Shown: in pieces, positions 12,601 through 24,600 of the stretch
How the letters are laid out: every line of letters begins with the position of its first letter
How positions within the stretch are numbered: position 1 is the stretch's first letter
NCBI GenBank assembly: GCA_040954595.2
Contig: CM082578.2
Location: 1,532,831-1,596,830, forward strand
Length of the DNA stretch: 64,000 nt
Reading direction: 5' to 3'
Source: Balanoglossus misakiensis
Lineage: Eukaryota; Animalia; Hemichordata
Program-made: the position numbers and the translations under genes
Notes under the pieces: model-generated
What the model was told of the DNA's origin: nothing
Database searches by the model: none
The model's input: the letters and a program-made list of their open reading frames with translations, nothing else

Positions 12601-15600
12601 GGGCAATGCCTGAATGTGATTGGTTCAAATGATGCATCTGTAGTTGTCCGGGTAACAGACATGTGCATGTACCTGTACTGCATGAGTGATGAAGATGGTC
12701 TGGTTCTAAGTCAGGATGCTTACAACATCTTGTCAGATGGTGAAAGTCCTTCATCTCTTCTTGTATCCTACTCAGTTGTTGCCTGTACTGAGGATGTCTC
12801 TATCAAGTTCAAGGTTTGTGAAACAACACAATTATTAACTAATTTATATACCCTTGTCTTTAATTGTCACATCTTGGCAAACTTGTTTGAAACCTCCCTA
12901 GCCATTTTTTTAAGTATTTGTAAGATTGAAGTTTAAATTGTCAAGAGTATTCATCTGTTTCTTTACTGGAAGTTTAGATCTCCTGGAAATCAAACCAGTC
13001 TCAACTGATTTGGACAAGGGAAGATCCAGTGGGGACTAGGTCATTGACAATGATTTGTTGCAAATACTGTAAAACGGGAAATTTTCACGCCAGGAAATTT
13101 TCGCAATATCAAAAGAGGCAACTGTTACGTGAGGATTAATTTTGGCGTTCTTGTATTTCACTAACTGCATCGTTAAATCTGAAAAACATTTCACACGACA
13201 TTTATTTTCACGTCTCTTTTAGATCTTGCGTATTTTGCGAAAATTTATGCTCGCGAAAATAACCCATTTTACAGTAAGTCTTGCTCTAAATTTCAAAGTA
13301 TTAGGACCAACCAGGGACTGTGTTGTTCATCTTTTTAGTGTACTGCATATTGATTGATTGATTTGTTTATTTAGTTTGCAGAGAGCATTTCTGCATCATT
13401 CAGCTTATTAATATTGGATCATCGTTACCCTGTCACCACTGTGGAAGTCCACACAACTGGTCCCTGGATTACTCTAGACAGACTCAGTGATAACTTATTT
13501 GAACCACCCATTGGTTCTGGTGATATACAAGCCCCTCTAAATGTCAAGGTCTATTCGGTGTCTGGTAAAATTAACTACAGGGTTACAGACTTTGAGTTTG
13601 ATGAGATTATTGACACCTCCAAGCAATTTCGACATTGTGAGGATGATGAGCTTGAAGTTACTACACTTCCAGACTTTGGAATAGTTACAACAATTGAGAG
13701 TACGCTTGAAGGTAAGATGGTTTCATTTTATACAATATGTAATTAGTTTACTGTATAACATAGGTCAATGTTGCTGATGATTTCAATGGAGTGTAGCTGA
13801 ATTTGTTACATTAGTTGTGATATCTGATATTGTGTTTTGCACACCAATATCTGGTACACTCTTATGCAAAATTTTCGCAAGAGGAAATGTTCATGATATC
13901 AAATGTGGCAACTGTTACGTGGCGATTAATTTTCACGTTCTGGTATTTCACTGCATCGTTATCTCTGAAAACCATAAGCGACTTTTTTTTTCACCAGTAA
14001 ATTTATCGTTCGTGAAAATTTCCTATTTTACTGTATTTTGAATAAGAAATCTCAACACCCTCATAAACAATTGCATTAAAGAAAGCAATAGAATAATAAC
14101 ACAATATCATTTGAATCACACACCGGGATGAGAATACCTTGAAATTGTCTCCTGCCAGGAACATTGATTCAATACTGTTCATGTTAGTGGAGAACAATAT
14201 AACATTAGATTTCCTTGTTCTAGATTATTCAAATTGTAATGTTCATTTTTATCAACAGATGAAACAACGCTGGAATATTTAACTAGTCCCTACACCGAAG
14301 GCACAGAAAAAAGCATCTCAACTGATGGATATGCCATAACTTTGCCCAGAATGACAACTGTGTTGGACACAGACAATATACCGGCTGTGACAACTGGAAA
14401 ATGCAAGTCAACCACAACAGTTACTATGGTTACAGTAACCATGCCTGTTGTCGTGACAACAGTAGAGGCAAGTTCTGAAAAGCCTGATCAGCAGTCAAGC
14501 ACAGAAGGTGAGGGTACATACAAGACAACATCTGCTCCGATCTCAAAAACAGAAATGATGTCAACAGCAGAATCTGTGGATATTACTCCTGCAGACCAGA
14601 CTTCAGAGTATGACGATGCAAGTGATGTGATGCCAACAGAGTCATGGACCACACCAGAGAAATTGTTGACAACAAACAAAATGGACGCCACCACACCAGA
14701 GACACTTTTGACAACAAATAAAATGGACGGCACCACAGAATATTGGCAAACGGTAGAAGGCACCACAGAATGGCATACACAAATGATAACTGATGAAACT
14801 GCCACTTCCCAAAGAAGAACAACAAGAAAACATACAACTGAGGCACCGACAGATCTGTTAACATCAAAAGGTGAATGTATACGAATTTCTACACTTTTCA
14901 GCATTATGAGCTCCAAAGTAAGGATGGATCTTGTTTACTTAGTTGACACGACTCTAGCTCCTGGATGACACCATTATTTTTAGGGGGTGAGGGGTGGAAG
15001 AAAGGAGAAAACATATTCACTCCTCACTTTTTTTTCAAAGAAATGTAGGTTTACTTCCTATTATGATAAAGTAAACTATGAATAATAAAACATTGAAAAT
15101 TTGGCTTTATTGATAGAAACTTCATGTACGGGTACAGTGAAAATTTCAATTGAAAAAAAAAATTCATAATACCTGCAATGTAAACAGTTAAACAGTTATA
15201 CATTGTTAGTTACCATCATCATCGTTGTTTGAATCAGACTCTATGTCACAAATGAGGCAATAACAATGCTCAGTGCAATTGATCTGTATACAGTTGGTCA
15301 AATAACTCTTCCACTCTTATCATATAGACACCCATGTCCAGTGTGTAATATAAAGTATTCATTCAATTTCATTTATACAGTATATCATGATGTCAGTACT
15401 AAACCAACTACGAAACCAGCAACAACTCTGAAAGCCACAACAGGTGGTCTTACGACCCTACCAACTCCAACTCAACTACCAGGTAAGAGATATTACCCTT
15501 AGTTTGGTTGATAACGTGTTGTATTTGAGTGATGTCTCAAAGTGTTAAAACAAAACATCCAGAAAACTTGTTTTTGGAAGTTAATTTAAATTGCTTGTCA

Positions 15601-18600
15601 CATGATAGTTGTGTAAACAATGGTCACACCAAAATGTTCTCCTATATTTACTTTCAGAAAATATATACTTTTAGGGGATTCTCGATAATTAACAGAACTT
15701 GATAATTAACAGAGAAATGTTTATTTCAAAAAGTTATTTTTTTTTTCTTGTATCTTTCATACACACCATGAAGTAATAATACAGTTAAATTTAAAATCAG
15801 AATAAACCACAAAGAGTTGAACCCATTTATGCTTTGAACAAATTGACCTGAAGAGAATAGGAGTTGTATGGGTCTGTATTTACAATTATTCGATAATTAC
15901 TTTGCAGACCGTGACGTTCCTGACTACTGTGCACAGCTTAGTGTGTCATATAATGGTAGTGGGCAGATTACAGACCAGCAATCCTGTGGCAACTACTATG
16001 GTACAGAAATAACAACACAACTTGTTAATGGTTTAACTCAACTCCTGTCTCAAGATCCATCAGGAGCATGTGTTCCTCTTGCTGGTCTGGTTACAATCAA
16101 TATTGCATTATCCACCACCAGTCTCACCTCGCTATCGGATAATTCGGTGGGTACTCTAACTGTCTCTTTCAGTCTTGCAGAAAATCTTGTAGACTCTTTC
16201 TGGAGTCTAGAATATTACACTCAACAAATTGTTCACTTCATAGCATTTTATCTCACATGCTCTTCAGATTGCATATCCAAAGAAAAAATGCATATTGGGA
16301 GAATATTTTCATGCAAATGTGACAACCATGCGATGTTTAATTTTGTCGATACAATCGATCGTAAACTGCTCAGCTGAAACAGTGAGCAGTCATCTTTCTT
16401 TTTTGTTTACGTGCGTTGGAGTGGGGATGTCTTGAAACCATCCGCATAACAGTACATACCTGTACACGGTGAGTTGGGGCGCCTTGAAACTTAAGGCGTA
16501 TTTAACACGCGTTCTGTACGTACCGTTCCGTATGGCTTTTTAGTACACGCTAAATTCTATTGTTCTTGGTGCCAGATGCATAATAATAAAGCATATTAAA
16601 CATAACATCTTTTAAAACAAATGCTTATGACTGTATTTTCATTACCTGCAGCTTTTAATGGATGTGGGGCTGAACTTACTGATTGAACCCATAGACCCAT
16701 TGAGCCCTGGATACGACAATGCAGAATTGTCGGGATGTGGTCTTCAACTAATCTTTTATCCGACCAACCATCCAAGTGTATTTCCAATTTTGGTTGCCAT
16801 TGACAGTTCAGACAATTGTCCAGAACTATCATCTTCTGCAAACCCAATTCAAGAAGATGATGCAACATTCTGTTGTCCTGAAGGATATGAGCTCTTCCAG
16901 AATGTCAGATGCAGTATGTATAAAATCATTATTTTTATTCACACTAAAGTGGCGCTTATATCTCTTCTTTTCTTTTAAGGATGTACGCGCAGAACATAAA
17001 CCGGAAAACTGCACGCACCCGTCTTTTTCCCTTAGGATTACATTGATAATTGCTAGAAAACAAACTTCTTCTATTGTCATTGTCACAAAATTTTCTACAT
17101 AGCTCAGTCCAGTAAATATAAATTCATTGGTCACTTAAAATATAAGGGTCACCTTGCTCTATTTTGAGATAAATTGCATTAAAAAAAAATTTGCCCATAG
17201 ACAAACCATTGGTGAAAAATGCTGAATCAGCAGTTTTCTGCTATTATCGACTAAATTCGTGACTCTGTAATGTGTATTTCATAAACAGGCACGGTCATCA
17301 GGTAAATGCATGCTATGAGCGGTGTGTTACAAGCATGAATTAAGTATTACTAACAGAAAAAAAATTCTTCTTATTTCAACAGCAGCCGCAGTGGAAGTTG
17401 TGAGGAAAATAAGGGATGCATCTGAACAGTCATCATTTCTCACTAATGCTAAATGGAATGGCACTGCACCTGTTTGTATTGGTATGTTCATTAGGTCAAA
17501 ATAAAAAAATATGTGCTGTTCCAATTACCCGACCTACCCTAATTATAACCCGCTGACCCTAAACATTTTAGAGCTTCCTAAACCGGAAGTATAAAAAACA
17601 ATGTCAAATATACAAAATTTATGAAAATTGCAAGAATCACGTAAGAATTATGACGTTATTCTTATACACTACGGCGGCCAGAGTAATAAAAAAAATGCAA
17701 CATAAAAAAACATTCCCTACCTACCTACCCTATTTTTGAAAACCATGTAATCAGAACAGCACAATTTAGCAATTTATCCGCCAGATTGAGTTCTTGAATG
17801 AAATCACCAATGTTGGAATTGGATTTTAATGTTTGTTTGTGTTTCATTTTAATTTGATTCTGATTGTGTTTCATTCTGATTTGATTTGATTTGATTTCAT
17901 GCATTGTCTGCCTGCTTTCATTTGTGGAAATCACAAAGCTTATAAATGGTCCATCATTGGAGTGGTTGTCAACATCACTGGGAAAAAGGACGATGTTCAA
18001 CTGGTTTAGCAATTGGGGTTGTCATGGAGCCACCTACAGAACAGTTCTTCTCCCAGCTGAATTCAAGATTACTATGTCGCTTTAATGGCTGGCAAGTATT
18101 GTGGTTACAAACTTGGCAGATTACAGTCTCATATCTTATGAAATATTTTTTGGCTTGCAGATACCATGCCACCAACTTTAGACTGTCCAGACACGTACGT
18201 AATTCTTGTTGATGAAGTGGAACACAATGTGTCATATCCAGCAGTCTCTGTTGTAGACAACCACGGAATCAGTGACGTCATATATGAACCACCAAATGGA
18301 ACTGCAGTTGAAACCAGGAACTACATCACAGTGACTGTTACTCAACCGATTACAGTGGCAACCAGGCTCAGTGTCAATTTGATGTTTCTGTTCAGCTAAA
18401 CTAGCCCACTAGTCGCTTGGTGAATTTTGAATCTCAATACTTTTGTGTGTTTGTGGTGATTTTTTGTCTTTATAATACTTTTTGTGTGCATGCTGCTTTG
18501 AGCGTTTTTCTGGTACTGAGTTGAGTTTCGAAAATAATGCAAAAAGTGGTGGCAGAGACTTTAAACATTTAGAAGTTAATATGGCATTGTTTTGAGACAT

Positions 18601-21600
18601 TAGACATTTCACCTTTTAACATCTCATTTTGTTATTCAGCTGATACATGTCCAGAGTGGTCACTACCTACACCAGAAGGTGGACAGAAGACTTGCACCCG
18701 TGTCATTGGAGGACCACTGGGTTCAGGATTCTCATGTGCATTGTCCTGTCAAGCTGGTTATGATTTCATTCAAGAAATTGATTCACCTGGAGGAATGTAC
18801 ACCTGCATAATTGGTGGAACATGGCTACCCCATAATTACGTACCTGATTGTGTTGGTGTGTATGGGCTTCTACTGATCTATTTTTGCGTAATTGAAATTC
18901 AACTGATATCATATCAATATTCATTAGGCCCCCAAAATAATATGTGAATGCTGATGCAGATAATAAACTTGAAGAACCAAAATAACCAACTAATTCAGTG
19001 TTACTGTTGGTTCAAATTTTCTCTGTATATAAACTGATCATTTTATAATCAGTCAATACCTACATTTTTATAATCAGTCAATACCTACATTTTTATAATC
19101 CGTCAATACCTACATTACCGCATGGAAGATGGCACTAGTCCAGATTTGAGTGGATTAGCAAAAATGGGATTTTTTCACCAGCTTAGTAAAGCGAAGACTG
19201 GATTGACGATTGACAATTCAACTAGTTGGCCTGAAGTTAAATTCTCTTCCATATTGATCTTTCCACAGAGAAGGAAGTTCCAGATTATTGCCTGACTGTG
19301 GGAGGTGTATACAACTCTGTGATAACCATTCCAAGTGATACCAACCAATGTATCTCATATTACGAGTCGAGTCTGCTTGGAATTGTGCAGTCTGTTGAAC
19401 CACTGTTGTCGGTCCTGTGTAACTCGATTGAAGACAGTGTTGAAGTTCAAAGTGACTATTCAACAATGGCCATAGTAGACTCCAATCAGGTATTATTATC
19501 TGTCCTGCTGGAAAATTTTACAGTTTTACGCTGAAGAAGAAGGTTGATGTAATCCTTTATTTGATTTCTGTCGTTACATTATTGTACAATGTGTTACCCT
19601 AAGGTTGGGTTCTCCAAGGTGTGTCATTTTTAAGAAGCATTATCTTGTTATTGGAGGGACAAAGTCTCTCGCTCGCTGCCGTTTTCCCATTAATTATGTT
19701 TGGTACAAGACACAGTTTATGTTATTCTACATGTGGATATATAGTGAATCATCATTTGACCACACACAACTTCCATCTTGTTTGTAGGATATGAGGGTAA
19801 AAACTCGCCCAAAATGAATGAATGGTATTCATTTTTCGCGTGTTTTTTCACTGTCGCGTCTACAAGAGGATGGAAGTTGTGTGTGGTCAAACATTGATTC
19901 TCTATATATCCACATGTAGAATAACATAAACAGTGTCTTGTAATTGTATCAAACATAATCCCTTTAAATACTCCATAATAGCTTTATCTTTTTGCTACTT
20001 TTTCAGTGTGTTTGTTTTGTGTATCTACTGCAGTTTCTTGTATAGGGAATCATCATCTGCCCATGCCTGTATCGCTCACTCTTTTTGTTTCTACCGTACA
20101 TGTATTTAACACTGAATGTAATGATACTATTCACAACCACCATCACCATCATCATCATCATAATCATCATCACCACCACCACCACCACCACCACCATCAT
20201 CATCATCATCGTCATCATCATCACCATCATCATCATCAGTTTCTGCTGTTCCAAGAACTAGGCTTATCATGAGTGTAATTGATCATATCAGTTATTATGC
20301 CTATGGATACCATCTCATGACTCCTGTCCTATCTTGTAGTGTTTCTTGACAGTGATCTAGTCTATTCACATGTATCAGAAAACAAGCACTTAACAATATC
20401 TGGATTTCTCATGAATATGTGACAGATATTAACATCTAGAAGTGCATTTACCTAAATGTACCAGTGTATGCATAGGGGGTGTGGACCAGTTGTTTAATTT
20501 ACAAACATTTGTTATTCTTTCACTTTTTTTTCTTCAGATAAACACGCTCCTGAAGTCATTTACTGTCCCAATACGACCCGTATAATTAGTCCTAATAGCT
20601 TGACAACAGGAGTATGGCAGGAGCCTATATTTACAGATGATGTCGCCATTGCCAATGTGACACAAACCTACACAATGGGTAAGTTTCCTATAAAATATCA
20701 TTTCTGATTATAGATAATATATAACATTCACACTAACTAAGTTTTTTTTATCGGGGTGGGGTGGGGAGTTGATCTAAACAGAAACCAACAAGCTGAGACA
20801 ACTTTCCTAAGATTATGGTCAGTATGAAGCATACTGGTACAGTTTATTCTTGTGGCCGTTACTCATATATGGCTAGCACATCCTATGTGCGACAGATGAT
20901 CTTGCTTCCAAGTATTAAAGCCTCAATTGCTGATACTATTACCATATGTTTATAGGCCCTTTCCTCGATCCCAGGGCAGTACAATGAAGTTAAAACTCGA
21001 AAGCATTTGTGTTTGCACGTAATTGTTTATTGGAAACAAAAGATTTGACCAACTGTTGAGCAAGGCCTTTAATCAGTAAAGTACTTAATATTCTCAACTA
21101 CTACTGGGGATACCCATACCACAAATGTTGTGTTCTCTTACAATGGGCAGTTGAATAAACGTGTGCGGCACCATATCTGTTTAGTATACATATCTTGTTC
21201 ATGTTTATATGTACAGTCACAATCAGGAGTTGATAATATGCCTGTGTATACCCACCAGATAGCTCACTTAAATGGACCATTCTAAGTTTGAAAAGAAAAT
21301 CATGAAAAACATTCAAGAAACGGAAGCTATTTTGGCTTTAGCACCCATGCCTGTAATGATGTGCATAATTTTTTTCTTACAGGTGACACCTTTTCCTGGG
21401 GAACCTACCAGATCAGCTATGTTGCTTCAGATACAGCTGGCAACAATGCACAGTGCAACTTTTTACTCTATGTACTGCGTGAGTGAATTTTTTTATCATT
21501 CATACATAAACTTTACAAATTAATTAATATCTTGACAAATTGTCATCTCTACCCCTTGTTATGTCTTGTCACATACTGTAAAACAGGACATTTTCGTGAC

Positions 21601-24600
21601 AGAAAATATTTTGCAATATATCAAAAGAGGCAACTGTGACACGAGAATTAAATTTCCGCATTCTAGTATTTTACTAACTACTCTGGTATCTCTGAAAAAC
21701 ATTTTATGCGACTTTATTTTCTTCTTCTTTTTTGCCGAAGTTTGGGAAAATTTGCCGTTTTACAGTAATATGATTGCATCATTATCACTTATAACAACAT
21801 CATTCAGAACATACAAGGACACTCAAACCCGTCTAAAACAAACCCTGTCTAATCGGGAAACCTCTCTTCAACCAACAGCTTTTCCTAGTCCCTTTTACAT
21901 AGAAACATGTTAATGTGTTGGTGTTCTGTTTACAAGATTTGACTGTGTAATAAATATGGGTGTCACACATACACCATTAAGACAGTTCTGAAGCATCTCA
22001 GAATTGATACTGTCTTAAAAAAACATGTGTGGACGGTGTAAGTGGTCCTGAAACGTCTCAGATTTGAGATGGCTCTGCCAGCCAGACCTGAGCCGGTGTA
22101 AGGATTAACACCTCTCCGCAACCCATTGTCTATGGGGCCGAGCCTCAGCGCCCATACATAAACTTTGATTGGATGACATTTTGCATTCCTTAGTTGACAC
22201 ACACAAAATGTTATCCAATGACGTGAAGTGTATTACACGGCAGAGACTACAATGTGCCAGAAGACAGTTCCAGAGTCATTTATTCAATGTTTTTTAACGA
22301 ATTTGGCTAATTTGTGGCCGTGTGAAAAATATAATCTCACACACCAAAGACCTGGGATCATATTTCTCACGCTCATCAGGGATATTTTGTCCCACACTCG
22401 CCTGCGGCTTGAGTGGGACAATAAATCCCCAACTCATGTGTGAAATATGATCCCAGGTCCTTGGGGAATGGGAGATTCTAGTAACCCCACACTCTGGCAG
22501 ATTTGAAAGCATTATATGTGCAATACATGGACAGAAACTTCAATGTGCCAGCAATCTAATTAGTATCAGATGTAGAGTTAGGCGCTTTTGATAGGTTTGG
22601 CTATTCTGTTCTCTTAGCTTTGGCTGTTCTGTTCTCTGTCTTGGCTGTTCTGTTCTCTGTCTTGGCTGTTCTCGGGTGCACGCATCTCTTTCAAACAGAA
22701 CAGCCAAGAATCAGCGAAAGTAAAGAAGGCGCCTAATTCTACATCTGATTTTAATCAGATTGATGTGCCAAGTGACAGTTACACGAGAAGTAGAATCTCA
22801 AACACCGAGGAACCTGAAATAAGATTTCTGACACTCAAACTAAAATATTGCATCTCACACTCACCTTTGCCCATGAGAAGAAATCTAACACCATATCCTT
22901 TGGGATGTATTAGATTCGGTTAATCTCCTACATGGGACGCAAGACCTGTAATTCATTTTCCATAGCCAACAATGGGAGCTTTGAGCTAAATATTCCTATT
23001 TTATAACATTCAGCGAGCCAAATTCCATTGCATGGTTTTATCTTTGATGTTATATTCTGCCATTATATTTTCCAAGAAATAAAAATGAGGAACAGTGGGC
23101 TGTCAGCAGATTACCAATTGATGTTGGCAACGAAACTGGGGAACCCATCATTGAAGAGAGACAAATTCGAATCATGACAAATCCAGCAAAACCTTTTGAC
23201 TCAGGTGAAGTATTTGAGCCCCAGTAACTCTAACATTTGACTGTTTTTTCAGTATTTTTCTCCTGTGTCATTTTCTTCTTTTACTCTTTATAGCTTTTCA
23301 ACAAAGTCTGTATATAAGCAACGGCCATTGTTATTGTAGAAAATGAATTCGAGTCTCGACTTCATTCAATTTTCATCAATAACAATGCAGATTACTACAA
23401 AAGGGCTGTTTTGAAATAATATCCTAGTCCCTTTTACATAGAAACATGTTAATGTGTTGGTGTTCTGTTTAAAAGATTTGACTGTGTAATAAATATGGGT
23501 GTCACACATACACCATTAAGACAGTTCTGAAGCATCTCAGAATTGATACTGTCTTAAAAAAAACATGTGTGGACGGTGTAAGTGGTCCTGAAACGTCTCA
23601 GATTTGAGACGGCTCTGCCAGCCAGACCTGAGCCTGTGTAAGGATTAACACCTCTCCGCAACCCATTGTCTATGGGGCCGAGCCTCAGCGCCCATACATA
23701 AACTTTGTGTGTGTGGACACAACATGACTCAAAGGATTAATGCTCTGTGGTTAGCACTGGCAAATAGTGTCTCAAATTTTACCCTGTGTGAACCTGGTAA
23801 AAGAGGCATTGTGCCCTAGTGGCTAGGGTTGTGGGTTCGTTACCTAGACCTGGACATTTGGGTAGTATTTGCCTCTTGGATGATATATGAGACACAGACA
23901 TTTGGGTAGTATTTGCCTGTTGGATGATAGATGAAATAAAATTAAAAATATATAGACAAATAAACTGTGTTCTCCTTTCTTTTACAGCATTTGATTGTAA
24001 AAAGCCAGCACCACCAGTTAAAGGTATTTCCATCTGTAATGAGTTTGAGTCGGGTGTATTCTGTCACGTGGATTGTTTACCAGGATACAAGTAATACAAG
24101 AAAAAATGATTTGGTATCAGTAAAGAAATACTGTATACCGTTTTATTTTTGCGAGCGATTTATTTTTGCGACATTCGCGTGTACAACAAAACGCGAACTT
24201 TTTCCTTCGCAAACATATATACATTTCAGCTTACACACTGTACTTCTCACCTGACCTATACACACACACACGCACACAACAACAAGACGATACACCCGGT
24301 TCTTAATCAATACTATGTACATTTATTTTTAATTCAATGTTGGAAAAAATATAAAAGGAACAAAAATAAATAAAGAGAAAATGATCATCTCATAAAGTGT
24401 GCTCCACATGAAACACGTAGCCTACGATTGCACAACTTTCACAACCGGCCGGGGCCAGGAGGGTTAACCGTACGACTCGGGCGGAAAATGGCGTTCACTT
24501 GGCTGGTTCAAGAAAGCAAGTGGCAGACAAAATAACAGTATTACCAAAAGTAAAATCATCAAAACAGTACAAACGAAAAAAATATTATGATATATTTACA

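Noticed and set aside
12185-13711. Bacterial contamination as the source of the expansin
   Set aside because: Split by GT-AG introns, one containing a host MITE, and in phase with flanking animal exons.
10357-14916. Long minus-strand Val/Ser-rich ORFs (10357-10704, 14488-14916)
   Set aside because: Antisense shadows of the Thr-rich mucin exons.
20003-20272. Poly-His and poly-Met/Val ORFs
   Set aside because: Translations of a (CAT/CAC)n microsatellite in an intron.
23745-23860. tRNA gene (B-box-like ggttcgttacc)
   Set aside because: No cloverleaf; at most a decayed tRNA-derived SINE head.
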